Positions 10,130 through 20,353 are shown, counted from the stretch's first letter. The stretch: DNA of 64,000 bases from Candidatus Latescibacterota bacterium (GCA_965223905.1 CBDCXV010000011.1:1024001-1088000); one strand, 5' to 3'. Numbers and translations: made by a program. The notes: generated by a model not told the origin, from the letters alone.

Positions 10130-10985
10130 TGCCATTCGCACCATGCTCGACCGCTACGCGTTGCAAACGGGCGACGATTGCGTCAATGCGCTCCGGGAAA
10201 TACTGCAGGAACTTGCCCTGCTCGGTCTCTGGCGCAGCAAGTTCTTCGAACACGCGGCCTTCTACGGGGGAACGGCCCTGCGCGTGCTCCACGGCCTGGA
10301 TCGCTATTCCGAGGACATCGATTTCTCGCTGCTCGCGCCCGACCCGGGGTTTTCGCTCGGGCAATACGGCGAGTCGCTCGCGCGCGAGATCGGCAGTTTT
10401 GGTTTTCGCGTCGAGTTCGAGCAAAGGGCGCCGACCCGGCGGACAGCAATCGAGTCGGCCTTTCTCAAGGCGGATACGCTCGCCCAGTTGCTCGTCATCG
10501 AAGCCGGCCCCGACCTGCTCGCCGGCCGGCATCCCGGGTCGGCCCTGAGGATCAAGCTCGAAGTCGACACCGATCCTCCCGGCGGCTTCGAGACCGAAAG
10601 CCGCTATCTGCTGCGCCCCATGCCGTTTGCGGTGCGTACTTATCGCCTGCCCGACCTGCTCGCCGGCAAGCTGCACGCCATCCTGTGCCGGAAGTGGGGG
10701 ACGCGCGTCAAGGGCCGGGACTGGTACGATCTGGCCTGGTACGCCGGCCGTCATCCACGGGTGCGTCTGAGCCATCTGGAGGCGCGCATGAGGCAGTCGG
10801 GCGATTACCCGGAGGAGGCACCTTTGACGAGGGAGCGCCTGATGGAACTCCTGAACCAGGCGGTCGACGGGCTGGATGTCGATCGCGCCCGTGAGGACGT
10901 GATCCGGTTCGTCCGCGACCCGCGGAGCGTCGAAATCTGGTCGAAGGATTTCTTTTTCGAGGTCGTCCAGCGCATTGAAAGCTGA
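10122..10985 (+). CDS. abiEii: Type IV TA toxin, AbiEii nucleotidyltransferase
   Basis: FYGGTALR...RYSEDIDF; KLHA..R; KGRDWYD. Confidence 0.92.
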   Translation: MHDAIRTMLDRYALQTGDDCVNALREILQELALLGLWRSKFFEHAAFYGGTALRVLHGLDRYSEDIDFSLLAPDPGFSLGQYGESLAREIGSFGFRVEFEQRAPTRRTAIESAFLKADTLAQLLVIEAGPDLLAGRHPGSALRIKLEVDTDPPGGFETESRYLLRPMPFAVRTYRLPDLLAGKLHAILCRKWGTRVKGRDWYDLAWYAGRHPRVRLSHLEARMRQSGDYPEEAPLTRERLMELLNQAVDGLDVDRAREDVIRFVRDPRSVEIWSKDFFFEVVQRIES

Positions 10986-11050
10986 TTGAAAGCTGACGGA
11001 GAACCTCCGCTCACCCCGGCTGCCGGGTCTTCACCGGAACCGGGCCCTGC

Positions 11051-12628
11051 TCATATCCCGCTGTGTTCGTAGTGGCCGAGGTCGGGGTCGACGGAGTCGC
11101 GGTGGAAGCTCTTCCCCATGAGGTACTTGATCTCGAGCTCGAGGTCGCGGAGCAGCACCTCCCCGAGCAGGTGCTCATCCCGGCGGGTCAGGGTCGCGGC
11201 GAGCCGGTTCTCCCCCCGGACCGGCCACTGCTCCGGCTCGAGGCGGAACACGAACCAGCAGGTCGGGCCGCCGCGGTGGCGCGGCGCGCTCATGCGGTAG
11301 GCCTGGTTGATCCTGCGGCAGATCCTGCCGGGCAACCCGGCGCCGTTGAGATCGAAGCGGATCCGGTCGATCTCGGTGACGTTGGAGATGCCGGCGCGCA
11401 GCAGCACCTCGTGGACGCGGCCGCGCTCGTGCCAGTGCGGCAGGTCGTCGCTGATGACGAAGCGCGCCTCCGCGGGCTCGTTCAGCTCCATGACCGCGGG
11501 CAGGGCCGTGGGGGTCAGCGGATTCCACGGCGTGTCGATCTGGGTCGGCACGTAGTAGTACTTGTCCTTTGCCGCCATGATGTCCGGGTGCGGCAGCTCG
11601 CGCAGCTTCTCGTAGAACTGCCCCCCGTACGGCCACTGCTGGAACCACTGCGCCACGTAGAGCCCGTCGACCCCCTGGTCCCAGTAGTTGCAGGCCGCGG
11701 CCCGCGTCATCGCCACCGGGCCGTCCCCGATGCGGTCGTTCCCGACGCGGGCGTGCAGGACCGCGAGCACCCGCGTCTTCGTCCCTGCGGCCGCTTTCAG
11801 GTACGGGGTGAAGTCGAGGTTGGGGTCGAGGCGCTGGGGGCCGGTTATCGGCTCCGGTGCGAGGACGTCGACGATGCCGAGGCGGATCCACTCCTCCGGG
11901 TCGAAGCCGATGCCGGCGCAGTCCTCGAGGCTGAGCGGGACCCGGATCACCAGCTCGCGCCCGTCGCCGCCGCGCTTCACCTCCTCGTGGATGCGGCCGA
12001 TCCAGTCGGTCATGGTCGCGCGCCCGGCCTCGACCTCGTCGGGGTGGAAGAAGAGGAGGGCGTCCTGGTAGTTGAGGTTGAGCTCGAAGCCGTCGACGGG
12101 GTACTCGTTGACCGCCTCCTCGACGATGGCGAAGCGCTCGTCCCGCACCTCCGGGTGCTTGAAGTCGAGGCCGGTGACTCCTGGCAGGCCGGGGTCGAGG
12201 TCCCCCCGGGCGCCGACCTCGAGGTGGGGGTTGTCGAAGCGGAAGTTCGAGCAGCGGACCGGGCAGAACTCGCCGCCGCCGTTCTGTACCAGCAGGGTCG
12301 GGTAGATGAGCACCCCCTTCTCCCGGCCGCGCTCGCAGACCAGGCGCAGCGGGTCGAAGCCGGCATCGATCAGGCCTTTGGCGTTCTGGTGGGCGCGCTT
12401 GAAGACGAGGTGGTCCCACTTGTCGACGTTGTGCCCCCAGAGCTCCCCGGCCCGGGTGTCGTGGAGCATGGTGCGCCCCTCGGCGAGGCCGAACATCAGC
12501 GCCTCGACCGAGGTGGTGGCCAGCTCGTCGACGCAGGCCTGGTACTCCTCCGGGTACATCGGCGGCTCGTACCGGTAGATGTGCGGGTGCCGGCCGTCGT
12601 GGTAGTAGACGATCTTCGGTTTCGCCAT
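11051..12628 (-). CDS. Glycoside hydrolase-like TIM-barrel protein (GHL10/DUF187-like)
   Basis: True start MAKPKIVYYHDGRH at 12628 with RBS; LDFKHPEVR, YPVDGFELN, GVDGLY motifs. Confidence 0.7.
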   Translation of the reverse strand: MAKPKIVYYHDGRHPHIYRYEPPMYPEEYQACVDELATTSVEALMFGLAEGRTMLHDTRAGELWGHNVDKWDHLVFKRAHQNAKGLIDAGFDPLRLVCERGREKGVLIYPTLLVQNGGGEFCPVRCSNFRFDNPHLEVGARGDLDPGLPGVTGLDFKHPEVRDERFAIVEEAVNEYPVDGFELNLNYQDALLFFHPDEVEAGRATMTDWIGRIHEEVKRGGDGRELVIRVPLSLEDCAGIGFDPEEWIRLGIVDVLAPEPITGPQRLDPNLDFTPYLKAAAGTKTRVLAVLHARVGNDRIGDGPVAMTRAAACNYWDQGVDGLYVAQWFQQWPYGGQFYEKLRELPHPDIMAAKDKYYYVPTQIDTPWNPLTPTALPAVMELNEPAEARFVISDDLPHWHERGRVHEVLLRAGISNVTEIDRIRFDLNGAGLPGRICRRINQAYRMSAPRHRGGPTCWFVFRLEPEQWPVRGENRLAATLTRRDEHLLGEVLLRDLELEIKYLMGKSFHRDSVDPDLGHYEHSGI

Positions 12629-12639
12629 GTGATCTCCCT

Positions 12640-13750
12640 TTACCTGTGCCAGTCGTACTCGAGCCCGAGGGTGCGGTCGGCCAGGGGCAGATCGACCCGC
12701 TCCCCGCCGGCCGCGGCCGAGAGCTTGAGTCCCACCTCCACCTCGATCGCCCGGGCGACGCGGCGCCCGGAGTTCTTCGGCTCCTCCATCCTGCCCTCGA
12801 TGCAGTCGACGACGTCGGCGAGGCCGAAGACCGTGCCCAGGCCCAGGAGGTCCTGCTGCGGCTCCGGCCACGGCATCTCCACCAGGCGGTCGGCGCCGTC
12901 GACCTGCCGCTTCTGAAACAGCCGCCACCGTCCGTACGGATCCTCGTGCAGGATCTCCCCCTCGCTTCCAGTGAGACGGACGAAGGGGCCGCCCCTGCGG
13001 AACTGCACCATGAGGCCGCTGCCGGTCGCCATCACCCCCTGGCCGCGGAACTCGCCGCTGGCCGGACTCGCGCGGCGGCTCGTCGCCGGTCCCCGCAACC
13101 CACTGCGGCTCGCTGTCGACGAACCAGGACCAGTTCTGGTGCTGCGACAGGTTGCGGTCCGAGACCGTGTCGATGGAGAGGAGCTCACCGATGGCGCCAT
13201 CGAGCAGCAGCTCCTTGGCCCGGGCGAAGGCCGGGTGGTTGGTCGAGATCGCCCCGCAGCAGAGCGGCACCCCGGCCCCGGCGCAGGCGGCGACCATGGC
13301 GTCGCACTGCTCGAGCCGCTCGGCCATCGGCTTCTCGGTGACGATCCCGCGGGCGCCGTGCTCGACCGCGACCAGGGTCAGCTCCGGCCGCATCTTGGTG
13401 TTCGTCGAGATGGCGACGATCTCCGGCTTTTCGCGGCGCAGCATCTCGATGGCGTCGCTGTAGAGGGCCTCGACGCCGTAGCGCTCGCCGAACGCGGCCA
13501 GCCGCCGCGGGTCGCGCTCGGCCGCGGCCACCAGGTCGATCTCCGGGCGGTCGGCGAGGGCCTCCGAGTAGCTCGTCGTCCTGCCCTTGGGATCTGTGAA
13601 CATGGTGTGGAAATAGAAGCGGCGGTGGACGTCGAGGTCGGGGGTCGGGCGCTCGATGTCGTCGACGTGCCAGACCCCCATGCGGTCGGCGAGGTCGTAG
13701 AGCAGGCCCATCCAGCCGAGGCCGATGACGGCGCCGCGGTATCTCGCCAT
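12640..13750 (-). pseudogene. Gfo/Idh/MocA oxidoreductase with 1-bp frameshift near 13060
   Basis: VIGLGWMG and EKPMA motifs; GAG TCC GGC C AGC GGC GAG TTC has one extra C; C-terminal half lies in the 12640..13200 frame. Confidence 0.8.
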
Positions 13751-13751
13751 C

Positions 13752-14339
13752 TCAGGCGCTCCTGCGCACGAAGCTCTCGGCCAGGGCGAAGACGCAGGAG
13801 CTGCGGTCCCCCCCTAAGGTCGAGCGCCGGATATCCCGGGTGTACGGGGCGCCGGCGACCGGCTCGCCGTCGATCTCGAGGGCCGCCAGGCCGCAGAAAT
13901 GCAGCAGCGAGAACACGTAGTCGCCCGACGGGCTGTCGGGCCAGGGGCCGTTGCAGACGACGGGCGCCTCGACCGCCGCCCAGGCCGACAGGATCACATG
14001 GCCGCCGGTGTCGATGCGCCAGGCCGGATCGGTGCGCAGGTCCCCCGACTCGCTGAACTCGGCGTCGACGACGGGGATCTCCCCCGCCGGCCAGGAGCGG
14101 GTCATCGTCGCCCGCGCGTACTCCAGCACCTCGCGGTTGTCGGTGCAGAGCCCGGTGAACCGCCCCGGGACGTCGACGAGGGCGGCCACCCCGGCCCCGG
14201 CCGGGCACCAGCGGAAGCTGAACAGGCTGACGCGGCCGCTGTCCGTTTCCTGTCCGGGTTCTCGCAGGCAGTTGATCCAGTGCTCTCCGGTCCAGGTCAG
14301 CTCCCCCTCGACCCGGGGCCGGTTTCCCTCGGCGTTCAT
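13752..14339 (-). CDS. Hypothetical protein
   Basis: MNAEGNRPRVEGELTWTGEHW...CVFALAES; fits between neighbours with GAGG RBS. Confidence 0.75.
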   Translation of the reverse strand: MNAEGNRPRVEGELTWTGEHWINCLREPGQETDSGRVSLFSFRWCPAGAGVAALVDVPGRFTGLCTDNREVLEYARATMTRSWPAGEIPVVDAEFSESGDLRTDPAWRIDTGGHVILSAWAAVEAPVVCNGPWPDSPSGDYVFSLLHFCGLAALEIDGEPVAGAPYTRDIRRSTLGGDRSSCVFALAESFVRRSA

Positions 14340-14383
14340 CCTCGATGCCTCGCGCGGTTCCGGTGCGAATTCCGCCGCGGCAG

Positions 14384-15736
14384 CTAGCGGACCAGGCGGC
14401 GGAAGGAGTCCTCCTGAAGGCCGGCCTGCAGCAGGCTGTCGATGTCGCCGGTGCGCAGGCCCCCGGCGATGACCTCGAAGGTCTCGCGCACCCCCGCGGC
14501 GGTGGCCGCCACCGCCTCTTCGTCGTGCGCCATGTTGAAGAAGAAACCGGTCGCCAGAATGAGGCCGCGGCGGGCGTTCTCCTGGACGAACAGGGTCGAC
14601 ACCTTCTTCGCCAGCTCGGCGTCGTCGATGTTGAAGCGAATGCCGGGATGGGCGGCGACACCGGCGCACTCGGCGTCGAGGCCGGCGTCCCGGGCCGCCT
14701 CGTTGATCCGCCCCATCAGGTCGGCGCCGATCTTCTCGAAATACGCTGGAGCGTCGAGTCGCCGCAGCTCCTTCAGGGTGGCGATGGAGGCGCTGATGCC
14801 GACGTTGTCGTCCCAGTAGGCGCTCGAGATGAACATGCCGGCCGCGGCCTGCATCACCTCGCGCTTGCCGACCACCGCCCCCATCGGGTAGCCGTTGGAG
14901 ATCGCCTTGGCGAAGACGGTCAGATCCGGGGTCACCCCGGTGAACTCCTGGACCCCGCCCAGGGAGATGCGCCAGCCGCAGGAGACCTCGTCGAAGATGA
15001 GGACGACGCCGTAGCGGTTGGCGAGGTCGCGCACCCCTTCGAGGTACCCTTCCGGCGGCAGCTCCGAGCGCATCGGCTCCATGATGATGCAGGCCACCTC
15101 GCCCTCGTTCTGCTTCAGCAGGTCCTCGAGCATGTCGAGGTCGCCGTACTCGAAGGGGATCGAGGTCCCCTCGAGGGCCGCGGGAACGCCGACCGGATCG
15201 ATCCCGGAGAACAGGTGGTCCTGCAGCTTCTCGCGCCCGAGGTTGGCCGCCAGGTACCAGTCGTGCCAGCCGTGGTAGCCGCTGAACAGCACCTTGTCGC
15301 GGCCGGTGGCTCCGCGCGCGATGCGCACCGCCACGGTGCAGGCTTCGCCTCCCCCCTTGCAGTAGCGGACCATCTCCGCGGACGGGACGATGTCGACGAG
15401 CAGCTCGGCGAGCTCCACCGAGTTCTCGTGGATGATGCTGTAGATCGATCCCCTGTCGATCGCCTCGACGACCGCGGCGTCGACCGTGGGATCGGCGTAC
15501 CCGAGGATGATCGGGCCGACGGCGCTGCCCCAGTCGATGTACTCGTTGCCGTCGACGTCCTGGATGCGGCAGCCTTTCGCCTTCTCGGCGTAGATCGGGC
15601 TGACCCCGAAGGCGGCGCGGGACGGCCGCCGGCTGATCAGCTGCGAGATCCCGGGAATCAGCTCGGCGGCGCGCGCGTGGATCTCGAGCGAGCGGGACAC
15701 GCGCGAGGATGTTTCCGTAGGTGCGGGTGCGGTCAT
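14384..15736 (-). CDS. Class III PLP aminotransferase (glutamate-1-semialdehyde aminomutase-like)
   Basis: DVDGNEYID, GYHGWHD, LIFDEV..GWR, DLTVFAKAISNGYP. Confidence 0.9.
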   Translation of the reverse strand: MTAPAPTETSSRVSRSLEIHARAAELIPGISQLISRRPSRAAFGVSPIYAEKAKGCRIQDVDGNEYIDWGSAVGPIILGYADPTVDAAVVEAIDRGSIYSIIHENSVELAELLVDIVPSAEMVRYCKGGGEACTVAVRIARGATGRDKVLFSGYHGWHDWYLAANLGREKLQDHLFSGIDPVGVPAALEGTSIPFEYGDLDMLEDLLKQNEGEVACIIMEPMRSELPPEGYLEGVRDLANRYGVVLIFDEVSCGWRISLGGVQEFTGVTPDLTVFAKAISNGYPMGAVVGKREVMQAAAGMFISSAYWDDNVGISASIATLKELRRLDAPAYFEKIGADLMGRINEAARDAGLDAECAGVAAHPGIRFNIDDAELAKKVSTLFVQENARRGLILATGFFFNMAHDEEAVAATAAGVRETFEVIAGGLRTGDIDSLLQAGLQEDSFRRLVR

Positions 15737-15762
15737 GACAGTCTCCGTTGGTTGCGCCGCGG

Positions 15763-16839
15763 CTAGCGGCGGTACTTGTCCAGTTTCTCCTCGTCAACGG
15801 TTACTCCGAGGCCGGGCTCCATGGGCACGCGGATGCGGCCTCCCTCGAAACGCAGCGGTTCGACGAGGATGTCGTCGGTCAGTCCGTGATAGCAGGTGTC
15901 GCTGGGGCCGGAAAAGCCCGGCGTGCAGGCGGCGATGTGGGCGACCGCGGCGGTCTTGAGCCCGAAGTCGTGGCCGCAGTGCATCAGGCAGGGGACGTCC
16001 CAGGCCGAGGCGGCCTCGGTCACCTGCTTGACCGCCAGCACGCCCCCGGACGCGGTGGTGTCCGGCATCAGGAAGTCCGCGGCCCCGGCGGTCACCAGCG
16101 GGGTGATGCTGGCCGGATCGGCGATCCCCATGTTGACGAGGATGCCCATGCCGATCTCGCTGCGGAACTTCGCCAGCAAGGCGATGTGGCTGGAGTCGCA
16201 GGGGTCCTCGAAAAGGCTGACCCCGAGGTCGCGCATCCCCCGCATCTGGCGCTCGGCCACGTCCGGGGCGTACCCGGCGTTGGCGTCGGGGCGCAGCACC
16301 GCCTCCTCGCCGATCTCCTCCTGGATCGCCGCGGCGATGCGCAGGTCCTGCTCCGGGTCGTCGCCCGCCTTCGTCTTGATGTAGCGGAACCCCCACTCCT
16401 CGATGTAGGCGCGGGCGGTCTCGGCCGAGGCGGCAGGCTCCTTGATCCCCATGCAGGCGCAGAAGTCCGCCTCTTCCCGGACCACCCCGCCGAGCAGCCG
16501 GCAGACCGGCAGGCCGGCGCGCTTGCCGAGGGCGTCCCATTGCGCCATCTCGACCGCGGCGATCTCCTGGGCGCCGGCGCCGGCGCGCCTCAGCTTCGCC
16601 ACCGCCCCCTGGACGTCGGCGGCGTGGTGGCCGGCCAGGACGGCGTTGACGTCGCAGCCGAAGGAACCGCTCCCCTCTCCCCAGCCGAGCAGGCCGTCCG
16701 AGGTCTCGAGCCTGGCGATCAGCCCGGTGGCTCCTTGAGTGCCGCGGTATTCGCCGCCCCGATGGCGCCCGACGTACGGACCGACCGGCGGCCGGTAGGG
16801 TATGAACACTTCGGTCAGGGTGATTCGCGCTATCAGCAT
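15763..16839 (-). CDS. Mandelate racemase/muconate lactonizing enzyme family
   Basis: GWGE, WDALGK..GLPV..LLGG, KTK, DAN, EDP, PGLGV. Confidence 0.9.
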   Translation of the reverse strand: MLIARITLTEVFIPYRPPVGPYVGRHRGGEYRGTQGATGLIARLETSDGLLGWGEGSGSFGCDVNAVLAGHHAADVQGAVAKLRRAGAGAQEIAAVEMAQWDALGKRAGLPVCRLLGGVVREEADFCACMGIKEPAASAETARAYIEEWGFRYIKTKAGDDPEQDLRIAAAIQEEIGEEAVLRPDANAGYAPDVAERQMRGMRDLGVSLFEDPCDSSHIALLAKFRSEIGMGILVNMGIADPASITPLVTAGAADFLMPDTTASGGVLAVKQVTEAASAWDVPCLMHCGHDFGLKTAAVAHIAACTPGFSGPSDTCYHGLTDDILVEPLRFEGGRIRVPMEPGLGVTVDEEKLDKYRR

Positions 16840-16885
16840 CGTCTTCCCCGTGTCCCGGTTCAGGCGGTTCCGCGGCGGGCCCGGC

Positions 16886-18061
16886 TCAGGCCAGCCCGCA
16901 GTAGAGGGCGGCCGCGGCCGCGTACACCCTGGCGGCGTCGGCGAGCCTGCGCACCGACACCCACTCGACGTCGGCGTGCGCGGTCTCGTTCGAGGGCCCG
17001 TAGTAGAAGGTCGGTATTCCGGTGCCGGCGACATAGAGGTTGGCGTCGCCGACGACCCGCCGGCCCACCAGCTCCGCGGCGCTTCCGGTCACCCGTTGGT
17101 GGGCCTCGGCCACCGCGGCTACCGCGGGGTCGTCCCCGGGGATTTCGAACGGCTCCCGCTGGTGCTCCATGGTCACGCTCAGGTCGAGGTTGCCCGCCTC
17201 GGCGTACGGCCGCGCCAACGCCTCGAGCTCGGCCAGCACCTCGGCGGCGCCCCGGCCGCTCATCCAGCGGCGGGTCCCGGTCAGGCGGCAGCGCCGCGGC
17301 GTGCGGTTGAAGTAGTCCCCGGCCTCGGCGATGCCGAGGTCGATGCGCTCGCTGCCGGCCAGGGGATGGGTGCGGCCGCGGTCGAGCTCCTGCTGCAGCC
17401 GGTCGACGGCGACGATCAGCTCCCCCATGTGGCGGATCGGGTTGTCGGCGAAGTCGACGTACTGGGTGTGCCTGCCGCCGAGGGCGGAGGACAGCTCGAT
17501 GGTGAAGACCATGGAGCCCATGCTCATCACCCAGAGCTCGTCGGAGCCCTCGACGATGAGGATGCGGTCCCCGGAAATGCGGCCCCCCTTGAGGTCGTCG
17601 ATGAAGGCGCGCGGACCGTCCTTGCCGGCCTCCGGCTCCTCGTGGCCGACCACCGCGCTCAGCACCACGTCCCCGGCGAGCGCCGCCCCGGAGTCGCGCA
17701 GGGCCTTGGCCGCCCCGAGCATCGCCGCCATCCCCCCCTTCATGTCGGTCGTGCCGCGGCCGTACATGCGGTCCCCCTCGATTCGGCACGGGGGGCAGTC
17801 GCCGACGGCGATGGTGTCGAGGTGGCCGTTGAATACCAGGGCGGGCCCGCCGCCGCTGCCGGGAATGCGGGAGTACAGGTTGTTGCGCCCCGGGGTGACC
17901 TCGCGCACGTCGACCTCGAGCCCGAGGCCTCGCATCTGCTCCTCGAACAGGGCGCAGACCTCCGCTTCGTTCAGGGTCTCGCTCTCGACCTCGACCAGCT
18001 CGCGGGTGCGCTCGACGATCCAGTTTTCGTCGACCGCGGAGACCAGGGTGTCGATTCCCAT
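16886..18061 (-). CDS. M20 family metallopeptidase/deacylase (ArgE/DapE-like)
   Basis: FNGHLDT, GRGTTDMKGG, HEE, AH.DVE. Confidence 0.9.
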   Translation of the reverse strand: MGIDTLVSAVDENWIVERTRELVEVESETLNEAEVCALFEEQMRGLGLEVDVREVTPGRNNLYSRIPGSGGGPALVFNGHLDTIAVGDCPPCRIEGDRMYGRGTTDMKGGMAAMLGAAKALRDSGAALAGDVVLSAVVGHEEPEAGKDGPRAFIDDLKGGRISGDRILIVEGSDELWVMSMGSMVFTIELSSALGGRHTQYVDFADNPIRHMGELIVAVDRLQQELDRGRTHPLAGSERIDLGIAEAGDYFNRTPRRCRLTGTRRWMSGRGAAEVLAELEALARPYAEAGNLDLSVTMEHQREPFEIPGDDPAVAAVAEAHQRVTGSAAELVGRRVVGDANLYVAGTGIPTFYYGPSNETAHADVEWVSVRRLADAARVYAAAAALYCGLA

Positions 18062-18160
18062 CTTTCAGCTTCCTCCGTTGCGTTCGATACCTAACTAAGT
18101 GCCTGCTTGCGCAATTCCGCGTGAGTTCGGTCGCCGCAGCGCCCTCGTTCGTACGCTTGA

Positions 18161-19084
18161 TTACGCGCGCATGCCCAGCAGGGCCTCGACCTCCGGGCCC
18201 GGGGGAATCTGGGCGGCCGGGTGCCGGACGACGTTGGCCCCGGCGATGCAGGCCGCCTCCAGGCAGCGCTCCGGCGCCGCCCCGAGCAGGATGCCGGCCG
18301 CCAGCACGCCGCTGAAGGCGTCCCCGGCGCCGACGACGTCGGCGACCTCGACCTCGAGACCCGGGTGGGAGTGCACCTCGCCGGCGGCGTAGAGGTCGGC
18401 GCCTCGCTCCCCCTTGGTAAGGGCGACCATCTCCAGGCCGTAGCGGTCCATGAGATCAGGCACCGTCCCGACCTCAGCCAAGCCGGCGACGATCTCGAAC
18501 TCCTCGTCGGTCAGCTTGAGGATCGTCGTTTCCTGAAGCAGCGGCTCGAGCAGGTCGCCGGTGTAGTAGCCTTCGCGCAGGTTGACGTCGTAGAAGCGGT
18601 GGCGCGGCCCCAGGGCGAGGAGCCGGCCCAGGGCGCGGCGGTTCGCCTCCCGGCGCTGGGCCACGGTGCCGAAGTAGACCAGCTCCGGCACCGGGTCCGG
18701 GATGCGCGCCAGGTCGATGTGGTCCCACGCGGAGTCGTTGATCCGGAACTCCGGCTCCCCGCCGACGATGCGGACGTCGACGGTGCCGGTCGGCTCCGGG
18801 CGCTCGATGATCCAGGAGGTGTCGACCCCGGCCGCGGCGAGGAACTCCCTGATCTCCGCGCCCAGCTCGTCGCGGCCGACGGCGCTGACGATGGCGGTCG
18901 GGATGCCGAGGGTGCCTAGGTACCAGGCGACGTTGAGCGATCCGCCGCCGATGGCGCGGTGGTCCTCGAAGAAGTCGACCAGGGTCTCGCCGAAGGAAAA
19001 AGCGATGGGCGCGGGAGCCGGATCAGAACCCCCGTTGGTAATCAGCTCTTTTGTCAGTGGGTAGCAACTCTGCTCGGAATACAT
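18161..19084 (-). CDS. PfkB family carbohydrate kinase (start uncertain)
   Basis: FGETLVD, GG..LNVA, DVNLR, DVVGAGDAF. Confidence 0.88.
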   Translation of the reverse strand: MYSEQSCYPLTKELITNGGSDPAPAPIAFSFGETLVDFFEDHRAIGGGSLNVAWYLGTLGIPTAIVSAVGRDELGAEIREFLAAAGVDTSWIIERPEPTGTVDVRIVGGEPEFRINDSAWDHIDLARIPDPVPELVYFGTVAQRREANRRALGRLLALGPRHRFYDVNLREGYYTGDLLEPLLQETTILKLTDEEFEIVAGLAEVGTVPDLMDRYGLEMVALTKGERGADLYAAGEVHSHPGLEVEVADVVGAGDAFSGVLAAGILLGAAPERCLEAACIAGANVVRHPAAQIPPGPEVEALLGMRA

Positions 19085-19157
19085 GGACGGAGATCGGGAG
19101 ACAGACAGTTATTAATTCGCTGAAAGGTAAAGATTGGCGGCTCGATCTGCCTTTTCC

Positions 19158-19819
19158 TCAATAAATTCCAAGAACACCTGTCCTGGCTATAGCCCTCCCA
19201 ACGGATCCATAGCTACCAGTCTGCCACAACATTACAACGGAAAGTATGTTCTCAACTCCATCATTCACTGCAACTATTACTTGCATACTGTCCAGACCTG
19301 AGAAGCAAGTTTGATCCTCGGCGAAAGGGACAATTTCGGGGAATTCGATTCGCCAAACTACAGAATCCGCGTGTGCTATTTTCCCAAGGTAATTAATTGA
19401 TCCTAAAGCATATTGATCCTAAAGCATGTGGAATGTGTTCGATATAATCGAATTCTAAATTATCTAAGATAGGAAGTTTACTACTTTCTGGTCGAAGAAT
19501 CTTCGATATAATCAGTGGATGATTTCCGTCGGAATATGATATCGTGGCCTATAAAGCTGCCAGATTTCACCATTTTCAAATAAGTTTGTCCAGATTTTTC
19601 GCGAGATTTCCAATAAAATTTGTCTCCAATTTGACTTATCACACAAGTGAATTCTTCGACTTCTTCTAGAGAGAGTCCTTCTCTACTATCCATCCCTAAA
19701 AAATTCGTCTTCACTCTCACTTCCGGATGCCCTACAAATACGATCACTTTATCCTGCGTAAAAACCGTAGAAGGAAGAAAAATAAAAATTAAAACGATTT
19801 TCAGGTGATCACAATACAT
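19158..19819 (-). pseudogene. AT-rich, probably degraded secreted hypothetical gene
   Basis: ORF 19481-19819 with signal-like N-terminus; ~80 further open codons to ~19158 beyond a 16-bp tandem duplication at 19396-19427. Confidence 0.45.
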
Positions 19820-19881
19820 GACAATCTCCTTCGGCTAGTGCCCATTACGTCTCTCCAAAAGTAGCTGAAATCGGGCATGGC

Positions 19882-19933
19882 ACCGGGGGTGATTTCAATA
19901 TGTAGATCCAAGGTTTCCGTTGTCATTTCAAAT
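19882..19933 (-). pseudogene. 5' remnant of a DUF433 gene (MTTETLDLHIEITPG)
   Basis: 48/52 nt identical to 26660-26711. Confidence 0.85.
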
Positions 19934-20077
19934 TACCTCGTTGCAGGGGCCACTCTCTTTGAGATGACTGGAGTATCAGAAGAAACCAAGATTCTACTTC
20001 CGGAAAAACTGCACCGCCTCTGTCCGTCCGGTCGAAAACTGGGCCATGGTTTATGTTATCAAGTACTCCGACGAGGT

Positions 20078-20353
20078 CTATGTCCTCTCCGTCAGCCTTC
20101 CGGACAGGTATTTATGAATTACGCTCGACAACAGCGTCTGATACGGGATACCCTCCTCACGCGCTCGCGCATGGGCTAGATTGAAGTCGCGTTCGGTGAC
20201 CCGCAGGTTGACCCGTCGAGTCTTGTTGAAGGTGTTGCGGGCAGCTTGACGCGCTGTCTCAATTTCATCTTCAGCGCCATCAACCCGGCGCAGGTCGCCT
20301 CGCTCGAACTGCTCCAGGATCTCCTGCTCTTCGGGATTAAGTTGGCCGCTCAC
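20078..20353 (-). CDS. CopG/BrnA-type RHH antitoxin
   Basis: RVNLRV..RD.....ARA.EEGIPYQTLLSSVIHKY. Confidence 0.88.
   Translation of the reverse strand: MSGQLNPEEQEILEQFERGDLRRVDGAEDEIETARQAARNTFNKTRRVNLRVTERDFNLAHARAREEGIPYQTLLSSVIHKYLSGRLTERT

Noticed and set aside
11051-13750. 899-aa fusion protein
   Set aside because: Product of a 1-bp frameshift; the linker is out-of-frame sequence and the second gene has its own RBS and start.
13752-15797. 681-aa ORF
   Set aside because: Upstream part is an alternative frame of the aminotransferase; only 13752-14339 looks real.
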